Shown: positions 1-11,411, numbered from the stretch's first letter. The stretch is 32,000 nt of DNA from Candidatus Saccharimonadota bacterium (GCA_042852035.1 BAAFHK010000001.1:690001-722000), one strand, 5' to 3'. Notes: generated from the sequence alone by a model not told the origin. Numbers and translations: made by a program.

Positions 1-3000
1 CATCCAACTTCACTTGCAAATTGGACTCAGACGGTTCAGGCTCAAGTTACATTGAATGTTCCTTCAAGTTTTCCAAAAGTTGTCGTACTCGCAGCTGGAG
101 TTACCGTTGAAGTGAGCAATGTACCTGGAATAGTAGTTGCTCATTGGTATCTTGTAGAAGCCGTTTCTTGGAGAGATGAACCAAGAACAAAGTCACTCAG
201 TCAAGCAGTAGTACCAGTAACGGTTAATCAAACTCAAACACTTGTAGATGCTGACTGATATCTTACATATACTACGATTTCATAAGGTCATGTAGGGAGA
301 GTTGCTGACATCATTTCAGTAACATTTGAGGCAAAATTACTCGTACTAGACTGTGTAGTAGTAACTCTATAAATAAATGTCCCCGTCTGTGAAGATGATA
401 GTGTCGACCAATTAGCCACACCATTAGCATCTGAGACAAGTATTTTCCCACTTCATGCATTATTTCGAATTCGCAGTGATCCACTCAAATCAAGAGTATT
501 AGTTGGATCAACTCAGATACCTACGCTTCCAAGTCTAAATATTGTCTTATTATCTCAGATTGCAATTGTTGGATTTCATGCCTGACCAATTTGGAACTCA
601 GGAGTACCAGCAAAATTATTAGCACCACCTCGATTTTCGTAACGAATATTTCTTTGATTTGAAAGTCATTTTAGAACAAGATCCACAAGATCAACAGAGC
701 CTGCTTGTTCAAGCATTAAACCATTCACTCATGCCCTGTTTTGGAGGTAAAGTCGTGCAGTTCCATATGTATCTCCTGTTTCCTCTATAACTAATCCTTG
801 ATTTCAAGATATACGACTATTTGCTGTTGGAAAAGTAATTGTTCAAGCCCCATTATCCGTAAAGCTTCCTATTCCAACGCTTGAACTTGAGAGCCATCGA
901 GTAACATAATTTGTTGTTCCTCAAGTGAGAGTTGCAACGACCGCTTGCCAAGACGCTACACCAGTAGCATCAGAAGTAAGAACCCTACCAGAAGCTGGTG
1001 ATCCTCCAGAAATCTTTACCTGCCCATTAACATCGAGTTTCACGCTACTTGATGGCGTTGAAGTTCCGATTCAAACACTTCCATTTGCACCTATTCTCAT
1101 TCTTTCGCTTCCTGCCGTATAGAATCGAGTAATACCATGAGTGTAGTTTGTAGTATTTTTCGTAGTTTGTCAGACAGTAAGAACTCCTCATGTTTGACCA
1201 GAAGTTCCAGCAGCATAATTTATTGCTAGACCCCTATCCCAGTCAAATCCATCAGAAAGAATAATGGAAGATCCTACTGCACCCATAAACCATAGTGATG
1301 ATGCGTTTTGATAGCTTTTAATAGTAAATTGCGATTGTCCTGCGGTATCATTAAGTTTAAAATCTCCGCCATTTATATGAAGCATAGACTGTGGATTGTT
1401 CGTACCAATTCCAACATACCCTCCAGTCGTGACACGAACCTTTTCCGTATTACTTGTACGAATTACGAGTGGTTGAGCATCCGTAGTTCAAAGGAAATTA
1501 GTTACCGGATCCGTTCCTGCATTTCCTATAAGTGACCATCCTGCAATACTTCCTGTCGCCGCTGTTTGCCAACTTGCAATTCATGATGCATCTGACACAA
1601 GGACCTTTCACATTCCTGGATTTCATCATCTAATTCTAATCGTTCCGTTGATATCAAGCTTGGTAGAACTGGTAGGTGAATTTGTAAAAATACCCACATT
1701 ACGATTCGTATAATCAAGATACATAGTGCCGCCTTGCATAGCACCAGTAGATACATTTCAAGAAAAGCGTGGGTCAAAGACTGCATACAAACCATTCATT
1801 ACTAGCGGCCATCTATGATTCGAAAGACCACTCCAGCTCGTTTGCCAGAATAGAAATCTATCACCCCCATCCGTAGCATTATCATCAAGCTTAAATACAT
1901 AATCCGTATTGTCTGCAGCATTCTCCACCGAATACATAGTTGCTGAATCAGTAGCCAGAAGCCATCGGAAGCCACCTGGGTTTGAGCTTCATATACCAGG
2001 CGAAGAAAAGTTAATGCTCTGGTTTGGTGTCAAAGTTTGGGACCCTCTCAAATACAAATTTCCATTTATGTCTAGACGAGATCCGGTTGAGGTTATCCCC
2101 ATTCAAACATTTCCATTTGCACCTATTCTCACCCGGTCCGTATTATTAGTTCGGAATAAGAGATCTACTGAATCGGTAGTACCAAGAAAGTTTGTACCAG
2201 CAATAGTTCCCGTATTTCATCAAAGATTCCATACAGACAGGGCACTTCAGGTAACTGATCCCCATGAAGCAAGTCCATTTGCATCTGAAACGAGAACCTT
2301 ACCAAGTCACGGATTTCCTCAGAGAATCTGGATTTGTCATGCAACAGATAGTCTTGCTGTTCCTGTTGAGGTACCGATTCAAATGGTTCCATTATTTCAA
2401 TATATCCAATTTCAAATATTAAGTTGATTTGATGAAGTCGATGCTGGAGCTTGGACACCATTCCCTATAAGGATATTTCATGATCCTGCACCTAAACTTG
2501 ATCCAGCATTAGCTCAAATTGCTACATTATTATGTCCAGTTGTACTACTGAGCGCATTATATCAGAAGGCCGTATTATTTGAGTTTGTGGTAACCGAATA
2601 GAGCGATTGGTATCAAAATGCAGTATTTCATACACCAGAAGTATTCGAATAAAGAGACTTAAATCCTGCCGCTGTTGAATACGATGAAGTAGTTGAGCTG
2701 AGGGCCTGAAATCCAAGTGCAGTATTTCCTCATACAGCACTTCAAGCAACTACACGAAGCGCTTCATATCACAGAGCTGTATTTGCATTTCCACTTGAGA
2801 GATTAAAGAGACTACGAGCTCAAAGACTTGTATTTCAAGTACCACTTGAGTTTGAGTAAAGAGCCTGGTAACCAACTCAAGCATTCCAAGATGCACCATT
2901 TCCATTATATAAAGATTCTTGTCCTACGGCCGTATTATTATATCCAGCACCATTTGTTCTCATCGATTTATAACCTACAGCCGTATTTGAATATCCTCAA

Positions 3001-6000
3001 CCATTCAAGAAGAGCGAATCTGGTCATACTGCAACATTACTGTTTCAAGTAGTTGATACCGAAAGAGCTCCAGATCAGACTCAAAGATTATTAAATCAAC
3101 GAGAATGATACTGTACCTGTCCAGCAGACCAGATTTCAAAATTACTTTGAGGGACACTAATACCCATTCCAATATATGATCCGCTTCAGTATATCAAGTT
3201 ACCAATATTGATCTGATTTGATCATGCTGGATTTACTGCATTTGCTCAAGATCCAATCATAATATTATTTGATCCTGTTGTAATATTGACTCCTGCAGCA
3301 TATCAAATAGCCGTATTTCATGATCATTGAATGATATTATCAAGCGCTTTGGCTCATACAGCAGTATTCCATGATCAAGATGCAGCATAATTAAGAGCGC
3401 TAATTCAGAGTCACACATTTCCATTTCATCGAAAGTGGATAAAAGTATCAGAAGTGGCTCAAGACCAAACCTCAAATCTACTCTGAGGGAAAGTAGTACC
3501 GATTCACACATTTCATGCTCATGCCTGATTTTGGAGTTGAGAATTCAGTCCAGTATTTATATAGAAATATTCAGGATGATTCGCAGGAACTGTAACCACT
3601 TTATTCCATGGGGCTGGAGTATTATATGGTGAATCATTCGTAAAGAGTCATCCTGTTTGTGATCCATTAAATCTTCAGCTTCGTGCAAAAAGTGGAGCAT
3701 CACCTCGAGCTCCGAGAGCGATTTGATAACCAAAAGTATCTCATTTTGCCGTCATGGTAAATGAATTCCATGGACTAGCAGAAAGTCAGGTTGCAGGATC
3801 ATCATTATTACAATCATATGGACTTGTTCCTGTCGAAGTAAGAGAACAAAGCGAGCTAACACCATTTTCTTTAAAGTATGGACCATTATTAGATGGGCCA
3901 TTTCATTGACTTACTACAAATGATTGTTTTCCAGGAATTGCAAAGTATTGATTGAAGTCATATGTAATATTAAAGTTATTGAGATCTGGGTTTGGAACTA
4001 AAACAGCATTTCTCAATACACCATTATATACTGCGATATTACTTATTGGACTTATTGGCAAAACCTTCCCTGAGGCATTCACTCAGAGCGCAACCACTCC
4101 ATTCGCAGTAAGAGGAGAACTCGGGTTAATTCGAGAAAGCCTCAATCAGGAATCATCCCCTATACCGGAATCAATGGTAAGTACATCATTGAGTCCTACT
4201 GAAGTCCCGATTCAAATATTTCTTCCATTATTAAAAAGTCCTGTACCAACATTCCATGTTCAACTATTATAGTAGATGGTGGCACCTGTAGTAGCTCAAG
4301 CAAGATTTAGGCTGGTAGCTGTAACTACTCAAGTCCAAGAAGCATTTCCAGAAGCATCAGAAGTAAGAAATTTTCCAACTCATGGAGAACCATTTCTTAA
4401 CCTTAGAGATCCAACAACATCAAGATTAGCGGTTGGAGACATAGTTCCGATTCATACATTTCCTCATCATGCAATAACATTATTATTTTGATCAACTCCC
4501 GGATTAATATAAAACCAATCTGATCGGTTTGTTGGAACGGTTATAGCCTTAAACCAGAGTGCTGGTATAGTCATGGCAGTATTCATAAGGGTACCACATC
4601 AAGAACTATACATACCTCAACGGACAACAAAAGGAGCATCAGTACGATCTGAAATAAGTATTTGATAGGCATATCTATCTCAGGACGTTGCATTCTGAGC
4701 GGTCATAACATAGGTTGCCCATGGTGTTTGACTACATCATGTAGGACCCTTATTTGTTGATCAAGTCTGGAATTCTGGACAGTTATATGGAACTCATCAA
4801 ACATCAGTTACCGTGAAAGACTGACGAGAATTTATGGTGAAGTATTTATCATAGTTTGCCCCTATAGTAGGAGGATTCGTAGTGCTATTAGCTACGGCAT
4901 TTGGGGTAGCACCCAGTGCGGTATAAACTGGAATAGCTCACTGTTGAGCAACGACAACATTTCCACTTCCATCGACACCAAGTGGCGCAGCAACTCCAGT
5001 AAATACGGGAGAAGTTGACACGAGCCTTGAGAGCCTCATTCATGAATCATTGGCGAGTCAAGAATCAAGGGTAAGTCTTTTAGTTGGGGATGCCGTACCA
5101 ATTCAAATATTAGTACCATTATTAAATAATCCCGTACCAACTCTCCAAGATCCACTATTATAATAAATCGTAGAACCCGTCACTGCACCAGCAAGATTTA
5201 AATTTGTAGCTGTAACTACTCAAGTCCAAGAAGCAATACCATTTGCGTCTGAAACTAACATTCTTCCGAGTCATTGTGTACCATTAATAATCTGAATTGT
5301 TCCTCATGAGACCGTGAGCTTCTGTCACGGTAAAGATGTACCAATACCAACTTCTCACGTTGTTAAAATTCTCACTTTTTCAGTATTACTTGTCTTAATT
5401 ACTAGGCTTTGCGCATCGGTTGTACCAAGAAAATTGGTTCCTGCTGTCGTACCAGCATTACCAACTATATTCCAAGAATTCATGGATGCTGGTGCTGATT
5501 GCCAACTTGCTACACCATTCGCATCAGAAGTAAGGACATAGTTATTTGTGGCTCATGAACGAATCCTGATTGTACCATTTACATCAAATTGAACTGATGG
5601 GGTTGTGGTATTCAATCAGATTTTACCTCATGTCTCATAGAGTATAGATGGATAAATACCGTTCCCTCAGGTTCAAAATTTCGTGATATAGAACTCTGCT
5701 CCTCAAGTAATTCCTGTAGCACTAATATTGGTAGCCGTTACTCCGGTCCATATTGCCAATCATGATGCATCGGATTGAAGATATCTTCATGCTCCTGGTG
5801 TTCCTCAGGTAATCTTAATTTGACCTGCTACTTCAAGTTTAGCTCATGGGGCCGCCGTACCGATACCGACATATGCGCCACTAATGTAGAGATTTTTCGT
5901 AAGAACTCCGTTGACCATATTTTGGAAATATATATCCGTCACTTCGGTTCCAACTCATAGATTTTGTGCTATATATCAAATACTTCCCTTTATGCCTGGA

Positions 6001-7091
6001 ACTGATCAGGATGCATACTGCCAAAAGTTGATATTTAAATCTCGAGTTGGAGTCCAGCTCTCTTCATATATATCTATCTTTCAACTTGATCCAACACCTC
6101 ATATTTTTACTCTTCAGCCAGCTCCCGAAAGAACTCAGGCTATCGCATCTCCATTTACACTAAACTTGTCATAGAAAGGTCCTGCATACCCTATTCCAAT
6201 GTTTCCAGAGGTACCATATATCCAGTTTCCTATATTAAGTTGACTCGAAGATGTTGGAGTAGTTGTATTTACAGCATTACCAATAAGGATATTTCATCCG
6301 GCTCAAGCTGTTAATGTCGATCCAGCAAGATTTCCAATAACAACATTATTTGGACTGGTAACATTGGCTCATAAAGCACTCAGACCTACTGCAACATTGG
6401 AGCTCAGATTTCATCATCAAGCACCAAATCGTACCCCATTTATACGAGCATCTCAACCAACAACATCAAACTTATAAGAAGCGCTTGGCGCAAGAGTGTT
6501 AATACCTACAGTTGTCCCATTATCGTAAATACTTGAGAGAATGAGCCCCACTCATCAAATTCCAAATTTTGGAACCACATACTGAGTTCATCAAGTAACT
6601 CAAGAGAGACTTATACTTGGAGTATTAGACCATCGCGCCACACCAGTTGTATCAGAAGTTAGGACATATCATGATGCAGCACCTGTAGGAAGTCGAATCC
6701 CTAAAAAGTTTGCGGTTCAACTTACATCAAGGAGGTATGCAGGACTTTGATTTGCTATACCAATTGCGCTTCCATTATTATAGAGAAGATTATTCCGTAC
6801 CCAATCTGTTCCATTGAATCGGATAGTATCTCCGAGTGTCTGACCCGAAAGAAAAAATCAATTTGCAACAGGAGTTACACATATTGGTTGACCGATATTA
6901 TTAAAACCTCAGACTACCTTATGTGCTCCATCACAAAGTGTCTCACTTGAGAAAATATTATCGAAGTACATTCGATACGTTCCTCAGGTTGTTTCTCATG
7001 TCGGTGTTGTAACCGGATAAGATAAAGCATATGATGTCACCGTAGAGGCAAGGAGAGACCATAAGGCTATATACCGTGCTATGCTTCGCAT
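1..7091 (-). CDS. Giant secreted fibre/adhesin-like surface protein, 3' end truncated by the window edge (>2,363 codons). It combines tail-fibre-like modules, YadA-head-like 14-residue repeats and a C-terminal jelly-roll-like region.
   Basis: The reverse strand from ATG 7091..7089 has no TAA/TAG down to position 1 when TGA=Gly. The frame closes exactly (last full codon 5..3). The N-terminus MRSIARYIALWSLLASTVTSYA looks like a signal peptide. There are nine copies of a module G-x-VGIGT..P...L.V.G.I.I..G.PG.G.vL.SDA.G.ASW. The track ORF 1188..1385(-) lies in this frame. Function is inferred from motifs only. Confidence 0.85.
2440..3440 (-). repeat. Coding tandem repeats of about 14 residues (about 42 bp) inside the giant gene, resembling trimeric-autotransporter/YadA head repeats
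   Basis: Translation reads ...NTAVGYKSMRTNGAGYNNTAVGQESLYNGNGASWNAGVGYQALYSNSSGTGNTSLGARSLFNLSSGNANTALGYEALRVVAGSAVGGNTALGFQALSS...NTAFGYQSLYSVTTNSNNTAFGYNALSSTTGHNNVAIGANAG... On the + strand this shows as recurring gccgtatt/gcagtatt strings. Confidence 0.7.
3530..5400 (-). repeat. In-phase tandem duplication of a module of about 297 codons inside the giant gene
   Basis: A 30-nt exact repeat gtagctgtaactactcaagtccaagaagca occurs at 4315-4344 and 5206-5235 (offset 891 bp = 297 codons). The flanks are diverged but alignable: ...SDANGIASWTGVVTATNLNLAGAVTGSTIYYNSGSWRVGTGLFNNGTNIGIGT... versus ...SDASGNASWTGVVTATSLNLAGATTGATIYYNSGTWNVGTGLFNNGRNIGIGT... Confidence 0.8.
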
Positions 7092-7117
7092 AAGTAGAAA
7101 AAAGGAATTAAAGGGTT

Positions 7118-8455
7118 TTATTGAAAAATACTTTGCAGACCAGGAGGGGGCTTACTATTGAGTTCTTGATTGAATTCAATAACTACAGATGCATTCGAAA
7201 AACGGGAATCATTATAAGGAACATTCTTCTGAGTTATATCAGCTGAATCATAAGTTCGGAAGTAATCAAAATCATATACCTGTGCATCCGCAACACTACA
7301 ATTCTGTATTACTACTGGACAAACTGGAGGAGACTGAAGCGATCAACCAATAGTATTCTTTGAAATCATAGATCATTTTATATAAAGTTGATTCCCTGGA
7401 ATATTCCATACTCATGACCCAACATATGGGATAATTTGACTTCCAACTTTTTCTCATGAATAGATTGATCACTCAGCGTAAAGAAAGCTATATATTCTCC
7501 CTACTAAGTCCTTAATAATAATATTTCCTCAACTTCAATTTGAATCTTTAAGTGCAATAATTGCATGATTTGAATCAGTATCAAGTCAGATTTGAGTCTG
7601 ACCAAGAATAACATCATTTCCCATCACTATAATCGACTTCTTCCCTGCTGGCCATGTCCAGCCACCAACACTCGTATCATAATCAGAACCGGTATGAATA
7701 AGGAAATCAAATTTTGTAGAATACTGATCTGTAAGATCACTTGGATTAGCATTTCTCGTTATAAGTGCTATATTTTTTCGTATTATGTTTAACATTTCAG
7801 CCTGACTCATAATTGAAAAAATGTATCAGACCTGCTGATTGGCGATATTATATATTCGAGTGCCTGCAATATTTCCTATAATAGCAATTTTTCAGATAAA
7901 ATTGAGTCCCACCCCATTAAACAAAACCCCACTTTGGGTTGCGCTAACAATTGGAGTAGTAGTATCAGCATAAAATGGTATCCACCCAAGAGCTGTACTA
8001 TGAGCAAAGCCTTCAAGCCTGCTTTCTGCTGGATTATAGTAGACTCATCCTGATGAGGAACCAATCCAGGTTCCTGAAAGTGATATCCATCATGAGTTTT
8101 GACTCCAAACAAATCAATCAACCGGGCAAGTTACACTCAAATCATTAAACACATTGTTCGGACACATAACTCGTGCCACTGGAAGAGTTGTATCACCATG
8201 AGAGAAGGTTGACCAACCAACATTTCAAAGCCAAAAATATCAAGAAAGCTTTCCATCCACATCAATTCCAGCATAGTATCAACTATTTGATGTGCCGATA
8301 TCAAATAGAACTCTTCCTGGATGTCCTCAATTCCAAGTATTATCTGGCAAAAAATCACCCCGGATTCGAAAAAATCTTCCCACCGAGGAAGTATTTAAAA
8401 CTAGGAAAGCAAAGGAAAAAATGAGTATTATCGAAAGGAAGAGTTTACGATTCAT
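7118..8455 (-). CDS. Secreted or membrane-anchored hypothetical protein (445 aa) with three G[YF]xW(S)xNxGWIx motifs, co-oriented 26 bp upstream of the giant gene
   Basis: ATG 8455..8453 to TAA 7120..7118 is 1,338 nt and open with TGA=Gly. The N-terminus MNRKLFLSIILIFSFAFLVL is hydrophobic. Motifs seen: GKLSGYFWLGNVGWSTFSHG, VDGFVWSQNSGWISLSG, LEGFAHSTALGWIPFY. Track ORF 7586..7810(-) is in this frame. Track ORFs 7876..8121 and 8137..8358 are off-frame artefacts. Confidence 0.75.
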
Positions 8456-8570
8456 AAAAAATGAATAGTATCATTGTGAAAAAACTAAATGTAGTATAGT
8501 AAAATAAGGAGATAAATCACGAAAAAAACTCTTACAGAAGAGGGAGAGTATTGTATCGTATAATTTTTGT

Positions 8571-9359
8571 ATGCAATCTTCTATTTTTGAAATTTCAATT
8601 CTTGGCATCAGTATCGCACCAAAGTGGTATGGACTCATGTATGCGCTCAGTTTTATTATATGCTATCAATTCATGAAAAAATGGAGCAAATTCTCCAGTA
8701 AAGAAATGGATAGTCTTCTTTTTTACGTATTTTTCTGAGTTATTTTGGGTGGAAGATTGTGATACGTTATTTTTTATAACCTCCCCTACTTTATAGAAAA
8801 TCCATCAGAAATATTTTTCATTTGGCAAGGATGAATGAGTTTTCACGGATGACTTATTTGAGTTCTTATCTCTATTTATTTTTTTTGTTGAAAATATAAG
8901 AAAACATTTTTTAGCGTTACCGATCCCCTTTCTGTTATAATTCCTCTTGCATTGTGACTCGGGAGATTATGAAATTTTATAAACCAAGAACTTTTAGGAT
9001 TCTTCCCATATTCATGACCATTTGCTATTGTCAAAAATTGAGCCTCTTACTTTCCAAGTCCGCTTTTTGAAATGCTTCTCGAATGAGGTATGCTTTTTAT
9101 TATCATGCTATTAAGCTCCAAAAAAATAGGCTTTTTTTCAAATACCTCTTTGGTGAAAAAATATTGAACTCTTTCAGGCATATTTCTGCTTTGATATGGT
9201 TCATTTCGACTTATAGCAGAAAATTTTCGGCTCCCCGATGAGCATATCGGTTATCTCTTTCAGACAAACTGGATTACTCTTGGCATGATCTATACTCTAC
9301 CTCTTATCCTGCTATGAAGTGCAATCCTCTATAATCAGAGAAATACAATCACTAAATAA
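8571..9359 (+). CDS. lgt: Prolipoprotein diacylglyceryl transferase
   Basis: 262 aa with TGA=Gly. Lgt signatures: [62 protein letters not shown] falls on the conserved glycines (for example 8832-8834 and 8850-8852). Confidence 0.9.
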
Positions 9360-9870
9360 CTTCTGCGAGTTCCTTACCAGGATAAAGCCATCCGATTCAA
9401 GTTGCATTTTTTATATGAACAAAGGAGTTCCAGTGACGAATCGCTTGATTCATTGATTGGAATCTTTGCTTCATATTTTTCTCGTAATCAATTATGAAAT
9501 CTCTAATATAGAGAAAATATTCATGCTTTTGAAGATCTTTTGAATGCACTGAAAGTTTCATAAGAAAAAGAAACTCATTTTGAATACGCGCATTATGTTC
9601 AAGAACATCGTAGAGCGAATTACTTGCTTCAATAATTGAGTCCGTGTGAACCTGTATTAGAGCATCAAAAGCCTCTCCCTTTACAACATACGGCCTCATA
9701 ACCTCAATAAGGGCAGGTATTTTTGATACCTTTCTTAAAAAAAGTATCAACAGGGCACGTTCTTCTGCCTTGACACGATTTGAAAAAACAGTATATACAA
9801 CAGTGTATAAGATACTAAAAACTCAAATGACTATAAGAAAACCAGAGATGAAAGGATGCAATTCGAGCAT
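9352..9870 (-). CDS. lemA: LemA-family-like membrane protein (172 aa)
   Basis: ATG 9870 to TAG 9354..9352. The product has an N-terminal TM helix (FISGFLIVIGVFSILYTVVY) and then helical regions with distant LemA resemblance (RKVSKIPALIEVMRPYV; IDYEKNMKQRFQSMNQAIRHWNSFV). It extends track ORF 9397..9750 at both ends. The family call is tentative. Confidence 0.5.
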
Positions 9871-9929
9871 ATTATAAAATTATTCTTGCTTCGAATATTA
9901 CACAAACTCTTATTCTTTTCAAGTAAGTT

Positions 9930-11348
9930 GTGAAGCGACACGAAATCATAGAGACAATTACTACCCCAATCCTTGAGCTCGCCTGAATGGTTGGGATTTT
10001 CTTTATCGCTTATAATCTTCGTCAAATTACTGATTGAATCCCCGGAATACAGCTTCCTATGCCCTATATTTCGAGAGAACAATTTACGCCATTTGTTATA
10101 TCTTGAGTTATTTTTTGGGGGATGGTTTTTGGCGTGAATTGACTCTATACTCATAGACAAGAACAACCTCTTTTTGATACTATAAAAAATGTTATTATAT
10201 ATTCTGGCATATGGTTTATAATGTATATATGATTTATCTATCTTAGCACCGGATTTCTCTTTTCAAAAGAAATCCCCCGTCTTATAATCTGATATGTCTA
10301 TATCCTATCTACTCTATTCTCTATTATTTTAAGAACATTAATATATTTTTTTCTCCGAATCCTCTATAATAAGAATGTAATCCCGAAGCAGGAGGTTCTC
10401 ATTATCTGAAAACCAGAAAATGAGATACTCAAAAATGATACCAGTACCCATTATATCTATTTAGACGCAACGGAAATTCAAATCATAGAGGAAAGCATTC
10501 GCCAAAAAAAGATTGATAGAGTTTTACTACTCGATCCATTAGGTGAAAATGAAAAAGCAAAAATTGTAAAACTCTGTTCGATTTATGGTATAAGTTTTTC
10601 TTATCCAAAAATACTTCCGGAAGTATACTGAATTTCACAGAAAGAAAATTTTATTGCTTGAATTGTTGTCATAGAAAGTACTTCATTGAAGATTTGAGCA
10701 TGGTGAAGGATATTTAAGCGATTTTTTGATATAATCATCTCTTTAATTTCACTTTTAATTCTGTCTCCATTTTTTTTAGTAATTTGAATACTAATAAAGA
10801 TTGAAGATCCTTTGGGCCCAATAATATTCAAGAATAAACGAATATGACACTGATGAAAAGAATTTTATCTTCTGAAATTCAGGTATATGTATTGGAAATA
10901 TTGTGTAAAAGATGCTTATGGGGTAAATCCAGAAAGTGATAGAGCCCTTCAATACGAAGAAAAGCTGAAAGAGACATTAGATGATCGGAAGTGACCACTC
11001 TATAAAATAGCAAATGATCCTCGAAAGACTCGAATTTGAAGGATTATTGAAAAACTTTCTATTGATGAACTTCCTCAACTCTGGAATGTTCTCATTTGAG
11101 ATATGTCACTCGTAGGACCACGACCCCATCAGCCTCGTGAGGTAGAAAATTATAATGAGCACCACTATCAGGTACTTACGATAAAACCCTGAATAACAGG
11201 AATGGCACAGGTATTTTGAAGAGATAAAAATACTTTCGATGATGAAGTTCGTTATGATGTATACTACATAGAGCACTATTCATTGCTCCTTGATTTTCTC
11301 ATTATTGGAAAAACTTTCTTAGTTATTCTTACCCGAGCTTTTCGATAA
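9930..11348 (+). CDS. Polyprenyl-phosphate sugar phosphotransferase (bacterial sugar transferase family, WbaP/WcaJ-like)
   Basis: The frame is open from 9927 to TAA 11346-11348 with TGA=Gly. C-terminal catalytic domain: KRFFDIIISLISLLILSPFFLVIGILIKIEDPLGPIIFKNKRIGHGGKEFYLLKFRYM...[27 protein letters not shown]...IKPGITGMAQV. The N-terminus has TM helices and VLIIG. The start is uncertain: GTG 9930 keeps the first TM helix, and ATG 9987 is the alternative. Confidence 0.85.
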
Positions 11349-11378
11349 TTCTAAATGATGCAGTCAGGACGAAAAACC

Positions 11379-11405
11379 TTGCAAATCAAAAAATATATAT
11401 ATAAT
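11379..11405 (+). promoter_or_regulatory. Putative sigma70-type promoter of the valS leader (TTGCAA-15 nt-TATAAT)
   Basis: TTGCAA at 11379-11384 and TATAAT at 11400-11405. An ATG follows 6 nt after the -10 box (11412). Confidence 0.4.
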
Positions 11406-11411
11406 GAACTT

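Noticed and set aside
2440-3440. Regular ~42-bp periodicity in the DNA, which could be mistaken for a CRISPR array or satellite.
   Set aside because: The repeats are imperfect with no repeat/spacer alternation. They lie in frame inside the giant ORF and translate to a consistent 14-residue protein repeat.
52-6950. About twenty + strand ORFs in the supplied track (for example 925..1122, 1909..2427, 3952..4272, 4276..4491, 5314..5541, 5911..6174). They share a recurring peptide such as ..PFASEVRTLP....VPIQTLPFAPIL.., which at first looks like a family of small repeated genes.
   Set aside because: They are the antisense shadow of the giant reverse-strand gene. The recurring peptide is the reverse complement of the GANG.VGIGT and SDA.G.ASW modules. 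The reverse frame is continuous for 2,363 codons under code 25 and has protein-like, motif-rich sequence. The + strand ORFs are short, start at alternative codons and have no plausible domain content.
9831-10166. A 111-aa reverse-strand ORF with no internal TGA, which looked like a small basic protein gene between lemA and the sugar transferase.
   Set aside because: It lies antisense to the N-terminal membrane domain of the sugar transferase. That + frame reads as typical WbaP-family sequence: ...GVNGLYTHRQEQPLFDTIKNVIIYSGIWFIMYIGFIYL...SKEIPRLIIGYVYIL...VLIIG. It would also overlap the lemA-like start by 40 nt.
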